A program made the position numbers and the translations under genes. Under the pieces are notes generated by a model. The model was not told the origin of the DNA. It did no database searches and was given only the letters and a program-made list of their open reading frames with translations. Positions 17,815 through 26,619 of a stretch of 64,000 nucleotides of DNA are shown piece by piece (position 1 is the first letter of the stretch; the number at the start of each line of letters is the position of its first letter). Origin of the DNA: Gemmatimonadota bacterium (GTDB lineage Bacteria > Gemmatimonadota > Gemmatimonadetes > Gemmatimonadales > GWC2-71-9); NCBI GenBank assembly GCA_003221895.1, contig QHUJ01000121.1, forward strand, positions 5,847 to 69,846. Reading direction: 5' to 3'.

Positions 17815-18646
17815 CATCCTCCTCACGTTGGCGGCATTTCAGGGCCCGGGTACGCGGCTCACGTACCGCATTCGGGTCATCGAACCGGCCAGCGTCGCGC
17901 CGCGCGTGGTCGCGAGCGGCGCGGTCAGCGGTCCCGTCGATACCGACATGCGCCTTACGCTGCGCAGCGATAGCGCCGAGGTGGAAGCGCTCTTCCAGGT
18001 CACGCCGATCGGGGACACTGTCAATCTCGGCGCCGAGTTCTTCACGCGGCGCCGTGTGGGCCGCTCGCGCCGCGGGTTGCCGCTGTGGGAGGAGGACAGC
18101 TATCGTCGCGTGGTGCGCGTGGCCTGGAACGACACGGCGCGGATCTACCCCTTCGGCCACCGCCGCAACGGAAAGGATGTCCGCTCCACATGGGTGGAGC
18201 TGATCCTGGAGCGCGCATTCGCGGGGGGTGAGGCGCGGCCCGCGGAGGAATTCGACCTGGTCGATACGACTCGGAACCTCCGGCTGGAAGCCGTCGTGCG
18301 GCCGCGGCGGGCGCGCGTCGTGCTCAACCTCGTGCGGGGGGATACCGTGAGTGCGCCCCGCGGCGTCGATCTGATTCCCGACGAGCCGCCACGCATCGTG
18401 CAGCTCGTGCTGGGCGGCCGCGCCACGACGCTGGTCGTGAGTCTCGCCCGACCTGACCCGCCGCGCACCGACCGGGAGCGCGCGCTCGCGCTCGACGTCG
18501 ACGTCGTTTGCCTGCGCGTCGCGCCTCCGACCGCACCGGAGCCACTCGGCCAGCTGTGCGGCCGGCTCAACAACGTCGCCCGGCAGCTCCCGCTGCCGAC
18601 GGGCGACACCCTCGCGGCGACATTCGCATGGCCGGGTCCACGGTAA
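17792..18646 (+). CDS. Hypothetical secreted protein (no family recognised)
   Basis: The GTG at 17792 gives the signal-like N-terminus VAPSSFTSILLTLAAFQG. High GC3 in this frame supports the + strand over the 370-aa antisense ORF. It overlaps the upstream gene by 23 nt. Confidence 0.55.
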   Translation: MAPSSFTSILLTLAAFQGPGTRLTYRIRVIEPASVAPRVVASGAVSGPVDTDMRLTLRSDSAEVEALFQVTPIGDTVNLGAEFFTRRRVGRSRRGLPLWEEDSYRRVVRVAWNDTARIYPFGHRRNGKDVRSTWVELILERAFAGGEARPAEEFDLVDTTRNLRLEAVVRPRRARVVLNLVRGDTVSAPRGVDLIPDEPPRIVQLVLGGRATTLVVSLARPDPPRTDRERALALDVDVVCLRVAPPTAPEPLGQLCGRLNNVARQLPLPTGDTLAATFAWPGPR

Positions 18647-19710
18647 TGGCCCCGCCCGGCAAGAAGCGTCTCGATCCGGCGATTTTTCATCTCCCGGTCG
18701 AGAAGATGCGGGAGGGCTATTACTCGGACAAATACTTCGTGCGCGCGCGCGATCTGCTGCGCCGGGACAAGCATCGGCCACGCGTCACGATGCAGATCTT
18801 CGGCAAGTCGCACGCCCACCTCGGCGGCATCGATGAAGCAATCGCGATCCTCAAGTTGTGCGCCGAGAGTTGGGACGAGCTGATCGTTCACGCGTTGTAC
18901 GACGGCGACGAGATCAAACCGTGGGAGACGGTGCTGCTCATCGACGGCCCGTACGACGCGTTCGCCGTGCTCGAGACGCTCTACCTCGGCGTGCTCGCGC
19001 GCCGCACGCGGGTCGGCACCAACACCCGGCTCGTCGTCGAGGCCGCGAAACCGAAGGAAGTCATGTTCTTCCCGGCGCGCCACGATCACTGGCTCGTCCA
19101 GACCGGCGACGGCTATGCGGCCCACATCGCCGGCGCCATCGGTGTGTCGACCGACGCGCAGGCCTCGTGGTGGGGCTCGGAAGGCGTAGGCACGGTTCCC
19201 CACGCGCTGATCGCGGCGTATGGTGGAGACACCGTGCTCGCGTCTCGGAAGTTCGCCGAACTGTCCGATCCGGCGATCCGCTTGATTACGCTCGTCGATT
19301 TCGACAACGATTGCGTCGGTACGTCGCTCGCGGTGGCGCGGGTGCTGGGTGACCGGCTCTACGGCGTGCGGCTCGACACGTCCGAGACACTGGTGGACAA
19401 GTCGGTCATTCCGCAGATGGGCACCTTCAAGCCGACCGGCGTCAATCCGGAGCTGGTTCGCAACGTCCGCCGTGCGCTCGATGCGGAGGGCTACAGCCAC
19501 GTCAAGATCGTGGTGTCGGGCGGGTTCAACATCGAGAAGATCCGTGACTTCGAGGAGCAGCGCGTGCCCGTGGACGCCTACGGCGTCGGATCGAGCCTGT
19601 TCCAGGGCCGCTTCGATTTCACCGCCGATGTCGTGATGCTCGAAGGGAAGTCCTGCGCGAAAGTGGGGCGGGGCTACAGGCCTAATCCAAGATTGGAACG
19701 GGTGGTGTAG
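18628..19710 (+). CDS. pncB: Nicotinate phosphoribosyltransferase family protein
   Basis: Motifs are YYSDKYF, GVGTVPHALI, GVRLDTSE, IVVSGGFN and DAYGVGSSL. The start may be the ATG at 18628, or the ATG at 18646, which overlaps the upstream stop (TAATG). Confidence 0.8.
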   Translation: MAGSTVMAPPGKKRLDPAIFHLPVEKMREGYYSDKYFVRARDLLRRDKHRPRVTMQIFGKSHAHLGGIDEAIAILKLCAESWDELIVHALYDGDEIKPWETVLLIDGPYDAFAVLETLYLGVLARRTRVGTNTRLVVEAAKPKEVMFFPARHDHWLVQTGDGYAAHIAGAIGVSTDAQASWWGSEGVGTVPHALIAAYGGDTVLASRKFAELSDPAIRLITLVDFDNDCVGTSLAVARVLGDRLYGVRLDTSETLVDKSVIPQMGTFKPTGVNPELVRNVRRALDAEGYSHVKIVVSGGFNIEKIRDFEEQRVPVDAYGVGSSLFQGRFDFTADVVMLEGKSCAKVGRGYRPNPRLERVV

Positions 19711-19736
19711 GTCAGGTCCTTGCGAGGCGTTCGCCG

Positions 19737-19774
19737 TCTGCATAATTTTCCGCTGAAATGAATAATCATGCATC
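19737..19774. promoter_or_regulatory. Possible tandem ARG boxes (ArgR operator) overlapping the argC start
   Basis: There are two 18-mers 2 nt apart. TCTGCATAATTTTCCGCT is at 19737-19754 and AATGAATAATCATGCATC is at 19757-19774. The second matches the TGAAT-wwww-ATTCA core at 12 of 14 positions. Confidence 0.3.
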
Positions 19775-20717
19775 CGTCCCGGTCGGTGTGTTGGGGGCCT
19801 CCGGCTATGTCGGCCAGGAGCTCCTGCGCCTCTTGCGTGGACACCCTGGCGCCAGCGTCGCCTTCGCCACCGCCGAATCGGCGGCAGGCGAGTGGGTCGA
19901 GGGTCACGAGCTGATCAAGGCGGACGATGCCCCATGGCAGGAGGCGGAGATCGTGCTGTCCGCGCTGCCGCACGGCGTCTCCGGCCGCTACGTGCACGAA
20001 GCCCGGGCCGGCGGCAAGCGCGCCGTCGATCTCTCGGCCGACTTTCGGCTGTCGCCGGAGGCGGTCTATGGCCTGACGGAATTCACCCGGCCGCGCCTCG
20101 CCGACGCCGATCTGGTCGCGAACCCCGGCTGCTATCCGACTGCCGCGCTGCTGGCGCTGATTCCCCTCGCGCAGCTTGGGCTGATCGATGTGTCGCGCGA
20201 GATCATCATCGACGCCGCCTCGGGCGTGACCGGGGCGGGCCGCAATCCCAAGCGCGAGCTGCTGTTCGGCGAGGTGGCGGAAGACTACCGCGCCTACTCG
20301 ATCGGAAATACCCACCGCCATCTTGCCGAGCTGAAGCAGTCGCTGTCACGTGAGGGCGGGTTTACCGGTGACGTCGTCTTCACACCGCATCTCTTGCCCG
20401 TGAAGCGCGGGATTCTCGAGACGATCCACGTGCCGCTGACCCGCGTCCTCGACCAGGCAACCGCGGAAGGGCTCTACAGCGCGACATATGATGGAGAGCC
20501 CTGCATTCAAATCATGCACGGGACGCTGCCTTCGCTCAAAGACGTCGTCTACCGCAACCGCGTCGCCATCGGAGTGACCGAGGTGATCGATGTCAGGCGG
20601 CCGCGCCTCACGGTGATTGCCGCAATCGATAATCTGGTGAAGGGAGCGGCGGGGCAGGCCATTCAGAACATGAACGTGATGCTGGGGCTCCCGGAAACGG
20701 CAGGACTCGCATGCTGA
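19758..20717 (+). CDS. argC: N-acetyl-gamma-glutamyl-phosphate reductase
   Basis: Has VGVLGASGYVG, the active-site motif NPGCYPTA, and a C-terminal DNLVKGAAGQA. Confidence 0.93.
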   Translation: MNNHASVPVGVLGASGYVGQELLRLLRGHPGASVAFATAESAAGEWVEGHELIKADDAPWQEAEIVLSALPHGVSGRYVHEARAGGKRAVDLSADFRLSPEAVYGLTEFTRPRLADADLVANPGCYPTAALLALIPLAQLGLIDVSREIIIDAASGVTGAGRNPKRELLFGEVAEDYRAYSIGNTHRHLAELKQSLSREGGFTGDVVFTPHLLPVKRGILETIHVPLTRVLDQATAEGLYSATYDGEPCIQIMHGTLPSLKDVVYRNRVAIGVTEVIDVRRPRLTVIAAIDNLVKGAAGQAIQNMNVMLGLPETAGLAC

Positions 20718-21484
20718 CGGTGCGCGTCGTCAAAATCGGCGGCAACGAGCTCGATCGTCCGGAATGGGTCGCTGAATGCGCGCGGGCACTCCGGCGGGCG
20801 GGTCCGGTCGTCGTGGTGCACGGTGGGGGTCATGCCGTCAGCACGTGGTCGCGGCGCCTCGGATTGCCCGTCGAGAAACGCGACGGCATGCGCGTGACGA
20901 CGCCCGAAATAGCCGAGATTGTCGAAATGGTGCTGGGTGGCCCGATCAATCGCCTGCTCGTCAGCGCCTTGCGCGCGGCGGGTCTCGACGCCATCGGTCT
21001 CTCCGGCGTCGATGGCGGCCTCCTCACCGCCCAACCAATCGCCAGCCCCGAGCTGGGTGAGGTCGGTGAGATCGTCGCGGTAAGGGGCTCGCTTCTCCAG
21101 AGTCTCTTGCTCGCGGGCCTGACGCCGGTGATCGCGCCGGTGGCGCCGTCGCTGACCATCCCGATCCGGCCGTTGAACGTCAATGCCGATCAGGCGGCTG
21201 CGGCGATTGCCGCCGCCCTCGGCGCGGAGGAGCTGTTGTTCGTTTCCGATGTCCCCGGCTTCACGGTGGATGGCGTCGCACAGCCGACGCTCGCGTCGGC
21301 CGAGATCGAGCCGATGATCGAAACCGGCGTCGCGACCGGCGGCATGGCCGCGAAGTTGCGCGCCGCGGGCCATGCGCTCCAGGCGGGTGCTCGGGCCGTT
21401 CGGATTGGCGATCTCGACATGTTCGAGCACGCCACCGCCGGCACCCGCCTCCTCACCGCGCCGCCGGCCGTTCAACCCGCGTGA
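20711..21484 (+). CDS. argB: Acetylglutamate kinase
   Basis: Has VVKIGGNEL, VVVHGGG and NVNADQAA. It overlaps argC by 7 nt. Confidence 0.9.
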   Translation: MLTVRVVKIGGNELDRPEWVAECARALRRAGPVVVVHGGGHAVSTWSRRLGLPVEKRDGMRVTTPEIAEIVEMVLGGPINRLLVSALRAAGLDAIGLSGVDGGLLTAQPIASPELGEVGEIVAVRGSLLQSLLLAGLTPVIAPVAPSLTIPIRPLNVNADQAAAAIAAALGAEELLFVSDVPGFTVDGVAQPTLASAEIEPMIETGVATGGMAAKLRAAGHALQAGARAVRIGDLDMFEHATAGTRLLTAPPAVQPA

Positions 21485-22656
21485 CTACGCCGTCCGTCGC
21501 AAGCGACGCCGGCGCATTGCTCGGCGTCTACGCGCGCGTTGGCCCGGTCTTCGTGGCGGGCGAAGGGTCGGAGCTCATCGCCGAGGACGGAGCGCGCTAT
21601 CTCGACTTCGTCGCCGGCATCGCCGTCAACGCGCTCGGCTACAACAGTCCCGTCTTCCGCGACGCGGTGATGCGCGCGCTCGATACCGGGCTGGTGCACG
21701 TCTCGAACCTGTACCGCACCGAGCCCGGCGAGCGCCTCGCGACGGAACTGGCGGGTCGTGCGTTCCCGTCCGGAGGCCAGGCATTTTTCTGTAACTCCGG
21801 CGCCGAAGCGAACGAAGGGGCCTTCAAGTTCTCGCGCAAATGGTCGGGCAAAACGGACATCGTCGCGTTCACCGGATCGTTCCACGGCCGGCTGTTCGCA
21901 TCGCTCGCCGCGACCGACCGGCCCGACTATCGCCGCGCGTTCGAGCCGTTGTTGGCGGGTGTGCAGATCATCCCGCTCGGCGACAAGGACGCAGCCCGGA
22001 GCGTTATCACGGCCGAGCGCACTGCCGCCGTGATCATCGAGCCGGTGCAGGGTGAGGGCGGAGTGCGGCCGGTTCCTGCCGCGTTTCTGGCGTTCCTGCG
22101 CGAGCTGTGTGACAGCCGCAAAGTGGCCCTGATCTTCGACGAAGTGCAATGCGGTCTGGGGCGCACCGGCACGTGGTTCGCCGCCGAGCAATCGGGTGTG
22201 GTCCCGGACATGTACACGTTGGCGAAGCCGCTGGGCGGCGGCCTTCCCATGGGTGCCATCCTCCTGAACGACCGCATTGCCGCCCCGCTCGCGCCCGGCG
22301 ATCACGCGACGACATTCGGCGGCGGGCCGTTCGTCGCGACGGTTGCGCTCGATGTGGTCCGCGCGATCGGCGACCACGATTTTCTCGCCGATGTGCGCGC
22401 CAAGGGCAAGTGGCTCGGCGCGGCACTCGCAGCGCTGGTGCCGCGCCGCCCGCGCGTGCGCGAGGCTCGCGGCCGCGGCCTGATGTGGGGGCTCGAGCTC
22501 AACGAGGCCGCCGCTCCGGTGGTCGCGGCGGCGCGAGACCGCCATCTGCTCGTGCTGACGGCCGGAGCGACGGTGATTCGCATTGTCCCGCCGTTGACGG
22601 TGAGTCGCGATGAGCTCGAACGCGGCGTCGCCATCCTGGATGAGGTGCTCGCGTGA
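21481..22656 (+). CDS. argD: Acetylornithine (class-III) aminotransferase
   Basis: Has FCNSGAEANEGA, IFDEVQCGLGRTG, and the PLP-lysine context TLAKPLGGG. It has a GTGA overlap with argB. Confidence 0.9.
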   Translation: MTTPSVASDAGALLGVYARVGPVFVAGEGSELIAEDGARYLDFVAGIAVNALGYNSPVFRDAVMRALDTGLVHVSNLYRTEPGERLATELAGRAFPSGGQAFFCNSGAEANEGAFKFSRKWSGKTDIVAFTGSFHGRLFASLAATDRPDYRRAFEPLLAGVQIIPLGDKDAARSVITAERTAAVIIEPVQGEGGVRPVPAAFLAFLRELCDSRKVALIFDEVQCGLGRTGTWFAAEQSGVVPDMYTLAKPLGGGLPMGAILLNDRIAAPLAPGDHATTFGGGPFVATVALDVVRAIGDHDFLADVRAKGKWLGAALAALVPRRPRVREARGRGLMWGLELNEAAAPVVAAARDRHLLVLTAGATVIRIVPPLTVSRDELERGVAILDEVLA

Positions 22657-23153
22657 CCAGCCTCTCGATCAAGCCACGGCCCGCGCCCCTGCCCGAGGCG
22701 AGCTTGCGGCAGGCGACACTCGCCGACGTCGCTGGCATGGAGCAGTTGATGGCGCCGTTCGTCGCGACCGGAGACCTGCTGCCTCGGTCCAACTACGACT
22801 TGTGCCGCCACATCAAGGAATACGTGGTCGCTGTGGCACCGGACGGCGCAATCGTCGGAACGGGCAGCCTCAAGGTGTACAGCACCACGCTTGCCGAGGT
22901 CGCCGGTCTGGCCGTCCGTGACGATCAGCAGGGCCGTGGTGTCGGGAAGTCGTTGGTCGAAGCGTTGCTCGTCGATGCCCACGCGTTGGGACTTCATGAA
23001 GTTTTCGGGCTAACGCGCAAGCCCTTGTTCTTCCTGCGGCTGGGATTCAGAGTGGTCGAGAAAGAGCAATTCCCTCTGAAAGTCTGGGCCGATTGCGCGC
23101 GCTGCCCGCGCCAACACGCCTGCGATGAGGTCGCGGTCGCGCTGACGTTGTAG
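22653..23153 (+). CDS. Short GNAT acetyltransferase, candidate single-domain N-acetylglutamate synthase
   Basis: Has the GNAT acetyl-CoA motif VRDDQQGRGVGKSL. Length is 166 aa. It is GTGA-coupled to argD, and no argJ or argA is present in the cluster. Confidence 0.6.
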   Translation: MTSLSIKPRPAPLPEASLRQATLADVAGMEQLMAPFVATGDLLPRSNYDLCRHIKEYVVAVAPDGAIVGTGSLKVYSTTLAEVAGLAVRDDQQGRGVGKSLVEALLVDAHALGLHEVFGLTRKPLFFLRLGFRVVEKEQFPLKVWADCARCPRQHACDEVAVALTL

Positions 23154-23228
23154 TCTGCGTAGTTGACACCCTCCGCACCGCCCGGAGAGATTCCCCCCGT
23201 TGCCGACCTTTTTGTGAGGAGTGGTGTG

Positions 23229-23906
23229 ATGGCTTCTGCCAGGGCCCAAGTCATTTTCTGGGACGTCGACACCCAATACGACTTCATGAAGGCGGACGGC
23301 AAGCTATACGTGCCGGACGCCGAGCAGCTCATTCCCAATCTTCGCAAGCTGACGGACTACGCACACGGCCACGGCATTCGCATCGTCGCGAGCGCAGACG
23401 ATCACGTGGTCGACCACAGCGAGATCTCCGACACGCCGGACTGGAAAGAGACGTTTCCGCCGCACTGCCTGCGGGGCACGCCGGGGCAGAAGAAGATCGC
23501 GGAGACGACGCTCCGCGACCCCATGGTGATCGAGCCTGACCCCCAGGATCCGAAGACCCTCGCGCACCGGGTGAAGAGCCACAGCGGCGACATCCTCTTT
23601 CTCAAGCACCGGTTCGACGTCCTTTCCAATCCCAATGTCCTTCCCGTCTTCGATGCCCTGAACCCACACGAGATCGTGCTCTACGGCGTCGCCCTGGATG
23701 TGTGCGACAAGTACGCCATCGAGGGGTTCCTTCAGCACCGTCCCCACGTCCGGCTGTTCGCCGTCGTGGACGCTATGAAGCCGATAGATCGCGACGTGGC
23801 CCAGCACCTGCTTAAGGAGTGGGGCGAAGAGGGGGTAAGACTCGTGAAAACCAGTGAAGTCGTCATGGGCGGGTTGGTCGATGAACTCGCGCAGGCCAGC
23901 GCATGA
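23229..23906 (+). CDS. Isochorismatase-family cysteine hydrolase (nicotinamidase-like)
   Basis: The ATG at 23229 follows GAGGAG. The candidate catalytic triad sits in WDVDTQYDF (Asp), FLKHRFD (Lys) and GVALDVCD (Cys). Confidence 0.7.
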   Translation: MASARAQVIFWDVDTQYDFMKADGKLYVPDAEQLIPNLRKLTDYAHGHGIRIVASADDHVVDHSEISDTPDWKETFPPHCLRGTPGQKKIAETTLRDPMVIEPDPQDPKTLAHRVKSHSGDILFLKHRFDVLSNPNVLPVFDALNPHEIVLYGVALDVCDKYAIEGFLQHRPHVRLFAVVDAMKPIDRDVAQHLLKEWGEEGVRLVKTSEVVMGGLVDELAQASA

Positions 23907-25012
23907 CATCGACCGCATCGGTGCCGCCGCAAATCGAAAAGCCTGCGTTCGGCAAGTTCTTCTTGCCGGGGCCGACTGACGTTCATCCCGATGTGCTCGA
24001 AGCCATGATTCATCCGATGATCGGCCATCGGTCGTCGGCGATGGAGAAGCTGCTGCAGGGCATGGCGCCCAGACTCAGCGCCCTGGCCCGGACCGCTCGT
24101 CCCGTCTTCGTGGGAACCACGTCCGCGACCGGCTTCATGGAGATGGCGGTCCGCAACGGCGTGCGTCGCCGCGCGCTGTCGCTCGTCAACGGAGCGTTCA
24201 GCGAGCGGTTCGCCGGCATCGTCGGCGCGTGTGGCAAGGAATGCATTCGCCTCGATGTGCCGCTCGGCGCGGCGGTCGAGCCCGACATGCTGCGGGATTC
24301 GTTGAAGCGCACACCCGTCGACGCGGTCACCTGCGTGCACTCGGAGACGTCCACCGGAGTCCTGCAGGACGTCGCCGGCTACGCCGAGGTTGTCCAGGAG
24401 TTCGACGACGTGCTGCTGCTGGTGGACGCAGTGACGTCCATGGCAGGCTCGCCGGTAGAAACCGACGCGTGGAAGCTCGACTTCGTCTTCACGGGCTCTC
24501 AGAAAGCACTGGCGCTGCCGCCCGGTCTCGCGCTGGGCGTTGCATCCGAGCGGTTGATCCAACGCGCGAAGACGCTCGAGGAGCGCGGCGCGTACTTCGA
24601 CGTGATCGGCTTTCTCACCGCGACAACCAAGTTCCAGCCGACCAACACGCCGGCCATCTCACTGCTGTACGCGCTCGACGTGCAGCTCGGGCGGATCGAG
24701 CGCGCGGGCGGTATCGAGGCACGCTGGAAACGGCACGATGCCATGCGCCGGCGTGTCGAAGCGTGGGCGAGCGAGCACGGCGTGCCGTTCCTGCCGCGCG
24801 AAGGCCGGCACAGTTGGACGGTGTCGTGCCTGCGCTTGCCTGAAGGCAAGCACTCCAAAGACGTCGTGGGAGCGCTGAAGCAGCAGGGGTGGACGATCGG
24901 CGCCGGCTACGGCGCCCTCAAGGATTCGACCATTCGCATCGGACACATGGGCGATCACACCGTCGAGGCGCTGGACGAGCTGCTCCCGCTGATCGGCCGG
25001 GCGCTGGAATGA
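23903..25012 (+). CDS. Class-V PLP aminotransferase (serine-glyoxylate / phosphoserine aminotransferase type)
   Basis: Has the PLP-lysine motif FTGSQKALALPPG. It is ATGA-coupled to serA downstream, which suggests the phosphoserine aminotransferase role. Confidence 0.75.
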   Translation: MTSTASVPPQIEKPAFGKFFLPGPTDVHPDVLEAMIHPMIGHRSSAMEKLLQGMAPRLSALARTARPVFVGTTSATGFMEMAVRNGVRRRALSLVNGAFSERFAGIVGACGKECIRLDVPLGAAVEPDMLRDSLKRTPVDAVTCVHSETSTGVLQDVAGYAEVVQEFDDVLLLVDAVTSMAGSPVETDAWKLDFVFTGSQKALALPPGLALGVASERLIQRAKTLEERGAYFDVIGFLTATTKFQPTNTPAISLLYALDVQLGRIERAGGIEARWKRHDAMRRRVEAWASEHGVPFLPREGRHSWTVSCLRLPEGKHSKDVVGALKQQGWTIGAGYGALKDSTIRIGHMGDHTVEALDELLPLIGRALE

Positions 25013-26619
25013 CGTGGCGCGTCGTCGTGGCCGACCGGGTGGCGAAAAGCGGCCTCGACCTGCTCTCCCAAACACCCGACATCGAACTCGTTGACGTCGC
25101 CGGCAAGGCCGCGGAGCTCGACAAGGCCATCGCCGGCGCGCACGCGCTGATCGTCCGCAGTGAAACGCGCGTAACGGCCAGCTTGATGGCGCGCGCACCG
25201 CACCTGCGCGTGGTGGCGCGGGCCGGCACCGGCGTCGATACGATCGACGTGCCGGCCGCCACCCGGCGCGGCATCGCCGTGATGAATACGCCGGGTGCCA
25301 ACACGGTCAGCGCGGGTGAGCATGCGATGGGCCTGCTGCTGGCGCTCGTGAGAAAGATTCCCGACGCCGCCGCGGCCATGAAGCGCGGCGAATGGGACCG
25401 CAAGCGCTTCGAGGGCACGGAGCTCCGCGGCAAGACGATGGGCGTCGTCGGGCTCGGCCGAATCGGCGGTCACGTCGCACAGCTCGCGCGTGCGTTCGGC
25501 ATGCAGGTCGTGGGTCACGATCCCTACCTTCTGCCGGAGCGGGCCGGCGAGCTCCACGTTCGCTTGCTGCCGCTCGATCAACTGCTGCGTGCCGCCGACG
25601 TGGTCACCTTGCACGTCGCACTGACCGACCAGACGCATCATCTGATCGACGAGAATCGGCTGAAGCTCATGAAGCCGACTGCCGTGCTGATCAACACGGC
25701 GCGCGGCGAGCTGGTGGACGAAGCGGCACTCGCCGATGCCATCAAAGGGAAGCGGATCGGCGGCGCGGCCATCGACGTGTTCGCGGTCGAGCCGCTCCCC
25801 GCGGAGTCGCCGCTGCGGTCGCTGGATCGCGTGATCCTCACGCCGCACCTCGCGGCTTCGACCGCCGAGGCTCAGGAACGGGTCGCGACGGAGATCTGCA
25901 GCGGTGTGCGGGAGGCGCTGGTGGCCGGGGATCTCTCGTTAGCGATCAACGTCCCGGGCATGGGCGGCGACCTGCTGCGCCGGCTGGCCCCGCTGCTCGA
26001 TCTGGCGCGTCGGCTCGGCCGGCTCGCGCTGGCGCTCGCCGATGGACCGGTGAAAGCGGTCGAAATCGCCTATGGCGGCAAGGAAGAGGGTGCGCAACGG
26101 CCGGTTTTGGTGTCCGCGCTGGAGGGTCTCCTCGCGGCCATGAACGCTGGTCCCGTCAGTTTGGTCAACGCTCAAGTCTTGGCCGAAGAAAAGGGGATCC
26201 AGCTCGGCACGAAGACCGGGGCGCCGGAGACAGGGTTCGAGACGTCGATCGGCGTGAAAGTCGACACTGCGCGCGGCCGCTTGCGTGTCACGGGCGCGCT
26301 CATCGGAGACAACCACGGCCGCGTGATTCGCATCGATGATTACCACGTCGACATCACACCCGATGGCTGGATGCTGGTGATTCGCAACCGCGACGTGCCC
26401 GGAGTGATCGGGAACGTCGGCTCGGCGCTGGGCAGCGCCGGTATCAACATCGCGAGCTATCACCAGGCGCGCCGCGCGCACCAGGCCGGCGCTGGGGCGG
26501 GCGCGGGCGATGCGCTTGCAGCGATCAACGTCGATCAAGCGCTGACCAACGGCGTGCTGGACAAGCTGCAGGCGCTGCCGGACGTGCTCGACGTGCGCCT
26601 CGCGAACTTCGGAGACTAA
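25009..26619 (+). CDS. serA: D-3-phosphoglycerate dehydrogenase (long form with ASB and ACT domains)
   Basis: The start at 25009 gives MTWRVVVAD. Motifs are [19 protein letters not shown] and TPHLAAST. The C-terminal ACT-like segment contains [14 protein letters not shown]. Confidence 0.92.
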   Translation: MTWRVVVADRVAKSGLDLLSQTPDIELVDVAGKAAELDKAIAGAHALIVRSETRVTASLMARAPHLRVVARAGTGVDTIDVPAATRRGIAVMNTPGANTVSAGEHAMGLLLALVRKIPDAAAAMKRGEWDRKRFEGTELRGKTMGVVGLGRIGGHVAQLARAFGMQVVGHDPYLLPERAGELHVRLLPLDQLLRAADVVTLHVALTDQTHHLIDENRLKLMKPTAVLINTARGELVDEAALADAIKGKRIGGAAIDVFAVEPLPAESPLRSLDRVILTPHLAASTAEAQERVATEICSGVREALVAGDLSLAINVPGMGGDLLRRLAPLLDLARRLGRLALALADGPVKAVEIAYGGKEEGAQRPVLVSALEGLLAAMNAGPVSLVNAQVLAEEKGIQLGTKTGAPETGFETSIGVKVDTARGRLRVTGALIGDNHGRVIRIDDYHVDITPDGWMLVIRNRDVPGVIGNVGSALGSAGINIASYHQARRAHQAGAGAGAGDALAAINVDQALTNGVLDKLQALPDVLDVRLANFGD

